Program-made: the position numbers and the translations under genes
Assembly: GCF_037042905.1 (NCBI RefSeq)
Contig: NC_087250.1
Span: 12,092,001-12,156,000 of the forward strand
DNA: 64,000 nucleotides
From: Lytechinus pictus
Lineage: Eukaryota
Reading direction: 5' to 3'
Shown here: positions 12,701 through 24,700 of the stretch, piece by piece
Layout of the letters: the number at the start of each line of letters is the position of its first letter
Position numbering within the stretch: position 1 is the first letter of the stretch
The notes under the pieces: model-generated
What the model saw: the letters and a program-made list of their open reading frames with translations, nothing else
Told to the model about the DNA's origin: nothing
The model's database searches: none

Positions 12701-15700
12701 CCTGGGGCCCGTTGCAGAAAGAGTTGCATTCAACCGCAACTCTAGAAATCATGCACAACTTGATTTTCAACCAATCAACAGCGCGCATTTGGCACTTTCG
12801 ATTAATTTTTTTACTTGCGTTTAAATGCAACTCTTTCTGCGACGGACCCCTGATAACTTTCATTGATTTTGATTGGCTGAGAAGCATTGTTTCCATGGTA
12901 ACTGTCGGATAAAACAGGACTTATCGGATAAAGTTCTTTCATGAAACGCTCCCCTGATTTTCAAATAAATCAAGCAAATATTGATTAGCAGCCTGAGTTT
13001 GCCATCCGCACCCTGCAGACTAACATACAAGTTGACAGACATAAAGACAGACAGACAGACAAACGGAGAGAAAGGCTAAGGAATGAGTGGGTCTTACATG
13101 CCGTTAAGATACCTGGCCCGGCGGACCGGCAGACGAGGTGGGTATACGAGAAGAAAAGGTGGGATTTGAGATTGAAGTGGCGTTGGACGAACTGGCGTGA
13201 CCGCTCCGCAAGATGCATGTAGACCGTGGGATAGAGCAGGGGTATTCGCCCGGCACCGGCGGCCTGTGAAAATTGGAAAGAAAAACGAGGGGAGACATGA
13301 GGAAACATGGTGTTCATGTATTTTTTTAGATAAAAATCAAAGCTAAGAGGAGATAATGTATATGGAGAGTTGTATGTTTTGTCAATATGGCCCTAAAATC
13401 AGAATCAACATACATATCATCGTCGTCACCAGCATTTTTTTATCATCATCATCACCATCATTGTCATCATCATTATCAACATAATTTTCATCTTCTTCAT
13501 CATCATCATAAACCACAATCATCATCGCCACCATCACCATAATTACCATCATCCTCATCACCGTTAAGATCATCATCATCATCATCGCAATCACCGTCAT
13601 TGTCATCATCATCATCATCAACATCATAATATTCATCTTCATAACCATCATCAACATCTTCATCATCATCATCATCATCACCACCACCAACATCATCAAA
13701 GTGATCACCATCATCATCACCATCATCAAGACACCACAAGTCAATACTCACATCAACAGCGTCTTTAACAGTGAGTCCTTCAAAGTTTTCATACTTCGTA
13801 TGAGGGCTTGTCTTTCCTTTGTATCCGTTCCCCTCCTTTGCCTCGCCCTGTTCAAAGAGGTCAGAGGTCAAATTTTAAACAGTCAGAGGTCAATTAACAT
13901 CAAATTCAATCAGTACAAAGATGGATTCAATGACAAATGCACAAATGAAAAATAAAGCCAAACTTTATTGGGTTCAAAATCATTCATTATTATGATTTTA
14001 CGATTCTCCATGTAATGTACGTTAACTTTAGTTCTGCTTATGTTTTCATGATGAATGAAATGAATACTATAAACACTGTTAATCTTTTTCCACGGCATAT
14101 AGTACATATTAATGGAAATTAATTAAGGGCAATTATACCCTACGAATCCTCAATCTAACCCTGACCCTAACTACAGGCTTCCCAATTAATTACTCTCTGA
14201 TCAAAGATCTGGGCCCATAAATTTGGGATTGCTTTATATTCCACGGAACACCAGAAATATTCCACTCGTTAGGGCCAATATTCCACTAATCTGCGATTCA
14301 TAAAATATTTGCCCTTAACTCTTGGAATATTTCTGGTATTCCATTCTGAACCATCCAATAATATAACTTACATCTAAAAGTTGGAGCAGAGTTCCACATT
14401 CCTGGTCAGCGGCTAGCCCATCAGCGACCACACGGTTCGAACCATTCAACTGGTTGTCTGTCATTATCACATCTAGATCCTATGAGGATTATTTTTTGAG
14501 GGAGAGAAATTGGAATACAGGTAACTTTAATGTCTGATACCGAGTTCCCACTGTCACAATTCGTGCCAAAATTGTAATGGTGGACTCAACCCAGACCTGC
14601 CAACCTTTGGGAATGAAAAACTGTATTCTGTGATAAAAAAACTGTATTTTTCCCCAAAAAAGTGTATTTCATAATAAAATGCTTGGTGCACTCGCTCATC
14701 GCGGCGCTCAAGCTGCATGCAAGCTAAAATGCGCACTGCTCTTGCAGATGAAAAAATAACATTAAAACATGTGTATATCTTCACCCTGGTTTTAACAAAA
14801 TAATTGAAAAAAAAAGTTACCTGAAATAACATTGATCTAATAACCATATTTGTGTAAGTTTTATGAAATAGAGACATATAGAGATTATTTTTCTCAATAA
14901 ATTACGATTTAGTAAAAAAAAAAAAACGTACTGCCGTATTTTGGTTTCAAAAATGTACTTAATACGGCTAAAACGTACTGGTTGACAGGTCTGTCAACCG
15001 TGTAGTTATCATAGGGATCGTATCGGATCAGTCGTGGCAATAGTCTTGATCATAGCAAAATGTGAATGGTTAAAAAATATTCATGCTCAGTTACAAAAGG
15101 TCAATCGTGGCGTTCGAAACGGACAGCCCAACAGTGGTACATCACTTAAGTCAAATCTATAGGGTCCACGTAAATCTTAGCTTAGAAGAGTTATATGACG
15201 CATGTTATGAACAATCTGCTCTTGAAAAATGGTTCGACCTCGGCAAACACTCGACTTACGGAAAGTCAAACGTTTATTATGTTTATCTGCACGTGTATAT
15301 GAAGTCTCATTGGATTGTTACCTGGTCAAAAGTCAGTTACTTTTTTAATGATCACTGATTTTCAAATTTCCTCATAGACAATAAAAAAGAAAATGGAAAA
15401 TGCAGGAAAGCTGCTACATTTGTATGCATGATTCCTGCTATTAAAGGTCAAGTCCACCTCAGAAAAATCTTGATTTGAATCAACAGAGAAAAATCAGACA
15501 CGCATAATGCTGAAGATTTCATCAAATCGGTTGTAAAATAAGAAAGTTTTGACATTTTAAAGTTTTGCTTAGTCTTACAAAATAGTTATATGCACAATTT
15601 AGTCACATGCACATGAGAGAATTGATGATGTCCCTCACTCACTGTTTCTTTTTGTGTTTTATTGTTTGAATTACACAATATTTCAATTTTTACAGATTTG

Positions 15701-18700
15701 ACAATAAGAACCAAATTGACTGAACCACAAAATGTTAAACAATGGTAGTTCCACGTGTTCAGGGAGTAATGAAACTTCATTTCACATGACAATGACGAGA
15801 AAATCAAAATATTTCATATTTCATATAATAAAATACAAAAGAAATAGTGACTGAGTGATGTCATCAGTTCCCTCATTTGCATACCGACCGCGATGTGCAT
15901 ATAACTATTTTGTAAAATTAAGCAAAACTTAAAAATATCCTAACTTTCTTATTTTACATCCGATTTTGATGAAATTCTCGGTGTTACGCTTGTTGGATTT
16001 TTCTCTTTTTATTCAAATCAACTTTTTGTTGGGGGTTGACTTGTCCTTTAAGACGCAGCACAGAATTTTGACAAGGCTCCTAATACAAATGGTATCAAAA
16101 TATGTAGCATAAATTTTTTTTTTAAATGCTTAAAATCTATCATCAGCATGAAAAATGCCTTTGGATGTTATAACAATTATTGCAGCTGGAGGTGGGGTGG
16201 GGGGGGGGGGTTTCCATTTCGTCCAGTGCCAATACGTCCAATTGCCAACTCGGCTACTATCATTTGGTCAACCATAAGTTTTTCCAATATCCACATGGTC
16301 TAATTGACATTTTGTCTAATAACCAGTTGGTCCGATAGCCAGTTAGTCCGTATACCATTTGGTCTAATTAGACCAAGTGTCAATTGGGCAAAAATGAATG
16401 AAAACAAAACAAATATTAGACCAACTGGTTATGAGACGAAATGGTCATAGACGAACTGCTGATTAGATGAAGTGATGATTGGACCAAATTTTTATTGGAC
16501 TAAATGGATGTTAGATGAAATGTTCATGGGTGGAATGGCATTAGACTAAATGAAGGTAGACCATGTGGTGAGTGGACGAGTTGGCAAATAACCAGGGGGG
16601 AGGGGAATGAATCAGTCCTTAGTATGTCAAGTTTCAATTTACTCACCGGTAGATCGTTCAAGAGAAAGTAAGCGTTTTCGTCAATCTTCATCATCTCGCT
16701 CATCCACTTCTGCGTCTCGTTGGAAACTTCCCCATCGAGGACTTCTTGGACCTTTCTCTCAGCCGAGGTTAGGTCTCGAGGCTTGTAGTACCACTCGACC
16801 TCCTCTTCGTCCTCTTCAGAGCATTCTCCGTCATCGCAACTCCTATCTGATTCTTCTTCCTCCTCTTCCTCTTCTTCACTGAGATATCGGTCGTCTTCTC
16901 TGTCACCTTCATTTCTGCTAAAATTTTCTTCCCCTTCTTCCCCATGTTCTTCTTTTTCCATCCCTTCGTCTTCGTCTCCATCATGTTCTCGGCTCTTCAT
17001 TTCATCTTTGCTTTTTTCTGTTTTCCTGTCATTCTCTTCTCTCTTCTTATCTTCGTCATCTTCTTCCGTCACTTCTCCATCATCTTCCAGAGTATTCTCG
17101 TTGCCATGGTTATGATCAACCTCCGATTCGCGTCCCCCAAATTCATGTTTCGTTTCTGATTGATCAGAATCTGTGTGAAGTTTTTCATAGTATTGTGTTT
17201 GATGGTTGCCAGTGTTTTTGCAGTCTTTCCCAGGCAAGCAGAAATCCTCCTTTACATCATCATGGTTACCAGCATTTTCATCAGAGGGATAATATTCTCT
17301 GTCAGCGAGGTTTTCATCATCTTTGTCATTATCGGCATGGTAACCAATGTCAACATCATCGACCTCCTCCTCTTGCTCCTCATCTGCTTCAGGTGACCCA
17401 GGAGCGCCAGCCTCAAATCCTGGAGGGTTAACCCAATCAAAGTACTCCTTCCGATCCAGCCCCTTCATCGGCTCATAATCCTTATCATCGAGCAACCTCC
17501 CTTCTAATTCACTCGGAAACACCAACACCTTCTCCTCCTTCCCCACCGCCTCGGGGTCAAAGTTCTCCTTCCTGTCCGCTCCATCTTTCGCAGGAGCATC
17601 ATCCACCAGCAGCCCTTGGGTCAAACCCTTCATCATCATCTTCAGCTGTTCCCGAGGGAGGGCTTTGTCGGCGTTCTCGGTGGACATCATTTTCTCGATG
17701 GCCTCCCTGATCTTCTCCTTGGCATCCACCGAGTTTGGATCCTTGGCAAGCTGGACCAGGAGCCTCTCGCTCTCTTCTTCCGTGGAACCCATGATGCTCT
17801 GCATGACCTTCTTCATCCCGTTGAGAATCTTGCTCCTCATCTCTCCCGCACCACCGCCGCTGGTACCACCGCCTCCTCCCACAGGATACTCCGCATCCCC
17901 GTTGCCGTTGAGATCCCGGGAGTACTTGGCAGAGCCTGGCTCCGTCTCGTGGGCTAGCGTCTCCCGCGCACTCTTGGTCAACGCCTCATCGTCGTCCCCC
18001 TCCTCCGTCCGGGATTCGTCGTTCTTGAGGTTGACTTCGTTGGGGTCGATTGGCTCAGCCCCGAGATAGTCCGGGCCCTTCTCATCCTCGACATCGAGGT
18101 CCTTATCAGGATGCAAGAACTGTCAAATAATAGGAACAGACAAATAAGAAAAAAGAGTTATCATACCTTCTATCTCCTTAATGAAGTTAATATTTTTTTC
18201 TACACTGTTATTGTAAATAGGCCTACTGGGATAAGAAATCAGAAAGAAATCTAACATAGATTTACAGAATAGCAAGTATGGATGCAGCATTAGAAAAAAG
18301 AAAAGAAGACCGGCTGAAATAAAAGTAGAATGTGTCATTTTAGACCAAGAAAACAACAACTGAAGTTTGACTGAAATTGCACTAGAATTCTCAGTTGCGT
18401 GTAGCAACGCATCGCCACTTTGTTCATCTCAAGCTCATGTATCAAAGAGACAACACACAACATAGAGGAGTCTGAAAATAGCAATAGAATACTCCTTCAC
18501 AAATTCGTTTTCTTTCTTGTTATTATGTGCAGCAAAAACTGCTTAGCTGAATCAGATGTTAATCGCAATAAAATAAACGTTTAATGATACAGGACAATAC
18601 AAATAAATTCTCACAAAATGCCCCAAAGTATTTCTCCTCTCTCTCTTTCTATTTCTTAAAATATGAACTAAAACCCTCAATTTGTGTTTACAAAGCAAGC

Positions 18701-21700
18701 TTGCAGTTGCAATATCATTTTATCATTTCTTATTCCTGCTAGATTGCAAAGAAAAGCAGAATTTCCAGACACATTATTTCATTGTAAGCATGGTATATCT
18801 TTGAAAGTTTGATCATTTTTAGATAAATAAGAAAGAAACTTTATGGAAAGAAAGGACTTACGGCTTTTGTTTTATTTGGCCCGGCCTTTCCTTCCTTGGT
18901 CTAGAGAGGGCTCCCTCCATAAATGGACACTGATAGGAAAGAGAGACTCAGAGAAAAAGACTTTGAAGGCATGTTATTCAGAGATCTTATAAGACTTTAA
19001 CTACTTGAAGGGGAATCTGCCCCAAAACAGTATGTTTTAACGAAAAGAGAAAAATCAAACTAGCATAATGCTGAAAATTACATCGAAATCCCATGTAAAA
19101 TGAGTAATGACATCTTCAAACTTTGGGAGCTTTTTCATGAATAAGTTATGAACATCCTAATCTATATTTTATGTAAATGAGGGAACTGACGAGGTAATCC
19201 ACTTGCTATTCATTTTGTATTTCATTAAAATCGTCTAATCTCCTTTAACGCAAAACAAAGTTTAATCCCCCCCCTTAAAATATAGGATTGCCATTGACAT
19301 AACAGACTATGATTTGATGAAAAGCCTCTTATTAGCAAATCTGCAAAATTTGAAGTATTGTAAATTGTAAATTGTAATGAAACAGAAACAGAATAAAATG
19401 CAAAAGAAAATGAGTGACATCATTTACTCTCGTACGCATATCATATGTTGTGTATACAGTATATAGCTATTTTGTAACAAAAATAAGCAAAATTTATATC
19501 TCTCATAACTTTCATATTTTACATCCAATTTCAAAGAAATTATCAGCATATATAATGCTTGTTTAATTTTTATCTTTTTATTCAAATTATCTGTTTTCAT
19601 TGAGAGGAATTCTCCTTTAATCTGTATGGTTTTGTTTCTATCCATCACCAAACTTTATCCTAAAAGGTTATACCCATGTTACAATAAGTTTATCAAAAAG
19701 TTAGGTACATAACAGTCTGTCAAAACAAAACATAATCCGACCAAAATTTGTTATGCATCAAAATTATTGTCAACTCCTTATCTGGGCATGTGTCCTACTG
19801 TACATAATGTATGACAATATTTGAATGCATCATTGTTTTGATCATTGTCCCTCCTCATTTCAGATGAAGCATCTATTTGTGACATCAATGGTACTCTTGA
19901 TATTGATTGGATCAATCTCATTTACTTGTGAGGCTTGGCCCTGGGGCTTACTCTAGACACATCGGCCTGTATTCTGAAGTCAGGTTTAACTTTAACTCAG
20001 GTTTAAAGTTGTGGTTTAAGTATGGATAGCCAATTATTACATAAATCACTAACGGTAGAGATATCATAATTCAGCTCAATTGGCTCTCAAATCATTCATT
20101 CATTTGTCTACGAAGTATAAATACTAATATATGATTGTCTCCACCATCGGTGAATCAAGAAAGAGCATAGTAAACATAAGAAACATACAACTTAATAAAA
20201 ATTTTGACACTTTTGGCTTCTCATAATTTTAGCACAGAGTTATACCATGGTCTAAGTTAAACTTGACTTCAGAATACGGGCCTCTCAGTCTCACTCTCAT
20301 TACATATCACCATCACCCCCCCCCCCCTCTCTCTCTCTCTCTCCCTCTCACTCTTTCTTATATGGATGTCTTCACTGCACAATGAGTAATGTTCTTAATT
20401 TGATTTTACTTAATGAATTTGTTTTCATCGTTTGAACGTTTGGTGGAAAAGGTCCAATCTTTCAATGAATTAGGTTATGATAATAAAGCCCATAGCTCTC
20501 AATAAAGCTCTCAAGGCCCGTCTGCACCAGCCCGAGTTTTCAAATAATCGCACTATTTCTGATCCAGCAAATTATCCTGGTCTGAAAAATCTCAAGATTA
20601 TTTGTAATGGAGATGCAATCATCGGGATAGTTCACTGGATTAATCTCCAGATTGCATTTGCAATCCCAAGTCAACTTAGGATTATTTGCAAAATAGCATG
20701 CTATTTACAAATTATCCCGCTAATTCACAAAGCAGATGTACTCTGGATTATTTATTCATGGCCTCATGCATCGATGCCTCGCTTGAGCACGAATTGCTCT
20801 TTTTGCGCTGGTGGAGATGGATTTCTTGAATCTCGAGATTAATCGCGAAGAGGGCCAATCGAGCTAAAATCTCGAGATTGAGCAAACTCGGGCTGGTGCA
20901 GCACCGCCTTCTCTCTCTATCCATCCATCTATCCATCCATCATCTCTCTCTCTCTCTCTAATATTCATTATAGCATATCTGCCTCACCCCTCTTCATGAT
21001 GTATCCATTCAAATTAAATCAGCTACACTGTTACCATTAAACACATGGATACTACAACATGTAAATACACCTTTTACGAATTCACCCTCAAATTGTCCTC
21101 ATTTTTATCAGAAAAAGCATGGATCAGGGCCCCGTCTTACAAAGATTTATGACTGATTCAATCAATCTCAACTTTATGGAAATAAAATCCATCCAAACCA
21201 TAATTTTTTTCTACAGGACATTTGCACTATCTCCTTTATAGTAAACAAAGAGAATCACACTGAGTCTTCAAGAGAATGATGAATGTATGAAAATACAACA
21301 TATCTAGAAAATATTTTGAATAAATTTGCATCTTAGATGTTGACGTTGCTGGCCGTCCATAGTTGTGGTTGATTGGATCAATCGTAACTCTTTGTAAGAC
21401 GCACCCTGCAGAAAAGCACAGCTCAGAAACGCAAATTACATTCATGAGTGCTGCAAGGAAATAATGTGGCTGTGGCAAAGTAAGTGCAGTGCCTGAATGT
21501 CAGACACAAGACAGAGAGAAAAACCGCATTATTTCATATTTGAGAATCCCTTCAATTAATTTACTTTTAAAATGAATGTGGATCGAGCACAGTTCCAAAG
21601 CTCAGAGGACTCAATAGTGCAGCTTAATCTGGTCGACCTGTCATAAATTGTAAGATGCCACATCCGGGCCCCATTTACACAGAGTTGCGATTGATCCAAT

Positions 21701-24700
21701 CAACCACAACTATGGACGGTCAGCAATGCCAACATAAAATGCAAATGTGTTCAAAATATTTTCTAGATACGATGTATATTCATACATCTTTGGAAGATTC
21801 AGTGTGATTCTCTTTGTTATTTAGGAGATTGTACAAATTTCTTGCCGAAAAAATATGGCAAGGATGGATCATTTCCATACAGTTGAGATTGATCGGGTAA
21901 ATCATAACTTTATGTAAAACGGGCCCTGATCTGCATGAATGAATTCATTAAAGGGGTATTAATAGATCTGTAAAAATTATCTTGTCAACAACAAAAAAAT
22001 CACAAAACAACTCAATATTTGTTTAAAAATATCTTCATGTTCTAATTATTTCTTCGCCAATATCACAACTCACAAACACGAATGTTCAAATACTCTCAAA
22101 GCATAAAGTAATCATTACAAAAACATGAATTTTCTGACACAAAATACAGCAATTCTGTAATCTGTAGGACAGTCTCTATGACAAGGGTGATTTAACAATG
22201 ATAATATGACAATCTATCTGACAAAAAAGGCTGTAAGTAACTCAAACGCGCACTAATATTTTTAAAAAGTACGACAACCATTGGAATAGTATATAGTGTA
22301 CTGTAAGTTTACCACTTATAATATGCCATATTCTACATAGGAAAACAAAATATCAGTTGGATTGACTAACATAGATCTGTTTTTTTCTACACATCTCATT
22401 ACAAAACATTAAAACCATTAAAAGACAGATTACCCCCAAATTAAAACAACTAAAATATTGAAAAGAGTTGTGAGGAAAAAGTGGCATCGACATTGGCGCA
22501 AATTTAACTTTTGCAAACATATTGGCAAGAAAATATTGATTTTCACATACATATAGTAGCACTCTTTTTTTTTGGGACTGTTGCACTACCATCCAATAGA
22601 AAACTGGCAGTGAAATCCTCAGAGTTGATTGGTTCGTTATCATGGTAGTTTACAACTGGACGGCAAAATTACCATAATAATAATTACAACTTTTATGCAA
22701 CAAACCCTGGTAATTACCGTTTTTTTTACATTACTTACATCACACACATACAATAAATTTCACGAAAAAATACATGTACTTAAAAAACACATCATAATGC
22801 AAATCACAATAACGCAACAAAATAAAGAAAAAAAAACAAAAATGTCTTTGTTGCAACTGCTGATGTATTTACAGCTAAAAATATTGCATCCATATGAAAA
22901 AAATCTTATAGAAAGCAAACAAACTTTACTCTTTCAAAGCACACAATCTTTTTTATCATCAGTTAAGTTGGCTAAACTACTGTACTTATATGTGTAATAA
23001 TTATGCCTACTATTTTTTTTCTCTGACAGGGCTTTGCCCCTCAGAAAAATTAACTATTGACAGACCAACTTCAGTAAAATTATTTCACGTTTCAAAGCCT
23101 TGTACACTTGTAGCATATAGGCCTTCCATGAAACAGAAATGACAATACAGTTAGAAACTTGAGTGTACATTTTTATTTATTTATTCTATATTCATTTATT
23201 CTTATTATTTTTTTTTGTTATTTTTCTATTTTTACTAATTTCATTTATTCATTAATTCGTTCATACATTAATTTATCTATTTATTATATATTTATTCATT
23301 CATTTATTCATTTATTTTTTTCTATTTTTTTATTTAATTAATTATTTATTTATTTATCGATTTATTTATTGATTTATTTGTTTATTTATTTATTGATACA
23401 TTCATTCATTTATTTATTCATTCATTTATCTATTAGGCCTATAATAATTTTTTTGGGGGGCAAATCTAAAAGGGCATTAAAATAGAGTTGCCAGTTTTTT
23501 TTAATCACTGAGTCTGAAAAGAAGCCAGGAGGGCCCACACAATAAGGGCTAAAAACTTAAAGGGCCTGAAATGGGCCACTGTCTGAATTAAATCAAGTAG
23601 GAACATGAAGAATTGGGCCCTCTATATATCACATGAAACATCTTCCAATAAACATTTCAATTTCTGAGATATAACATGATTTGTAACAAAACCAAGATGT
23701 GATTTCCAAGACAAATTTGAGAAACATTCTATTCAAGATGGAAAATTAGTCCTCACAGTAGCTGGACCACAGGAGGGTAATACATTCAGGGGGAGTGGTA
23801 ATTTGAGGACAGCAAAACAGTTGAGGTGGTCACCTAGGCTTATTGCCTTCATCGCTTACTTTGCTTTTGAAACCCTTTAGCTCGTATTCCGTAATTCTAA
23901 ATTAAACTCTGGTTTAAAATTGTATTTTAACTATAGATAGCGGATTGTGGTATAAATGTCTATAATTACATGTCCAATTTATCAACTAATTTGACTATAA
24001 AAAGTCTCACAGTCTAGGAATGGATAACATAATTTTTTTTCTTCATCATGAATGCAAGGGGAGATTAAAATAGTAAATACAAGAAATGTTCAATATTAAA
24101 AAAAGAGGTTTTTTATTTTTTTTATTTTCCGGCTTCCCATAAGTTTAGCACAGAGTTAGACCGTGGGCTAAGTTAAACTTGACTTCAGAATACGGGCTTT
24201 TGGGTTGAGGAAAGTGGTCTGAATATATGCAGCCTTTACAGTCCCTGATTCATTGATCAATACAAAGAAAACAACTATTAAAACAAAGACAGGAATGTAT
24301 ATATAGGTGGTTTTATTTGCATTCTTCCGTAGACGGACCATTTATATTTTTGTTAATAATAATATTACTGATAATAGGCATTTATAAAGCGCCATCTGTC
24401 TAGGAATATTCTATTTCGAGGCGCGATGTTATCATTATTATTACCCCGGCTTTAGCTCGAGATGCCTTTCAGCGCTCATGCATTCAAGCAATTAATCCTG
24501 CTGGGTACCCATCCATTTCACCTAGGTAGAGTGCACCACAATGTGGATAAATTTTTTGCTGAAGGAAATTACGCCATGGCTGGGATTCGAACCCACGACC
24601 CTCTGTTTCAAAGTCAGAAGACTAATCCACTGGGCCAAATCGCAGTTGTAACAGCATCAGACTCGTGAATGAAAAATGAAAATAGCCGCAGTCTCCGCCT

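Noticed and set aside
13506..13871. 121-aa ORF with a poly-Asp tail
   Set aside because: Only 13752-13847 is exon; the tail is read-through into an intronic (GAT)n repeat past a consensus GTGAGT donor.
16607..18069. Plus-strand ORFs overlapping exon 6 (and 40200-40861 overlapping exon 5)
   Set aside because: They are antisense shadows of GC-rich real coding exons.
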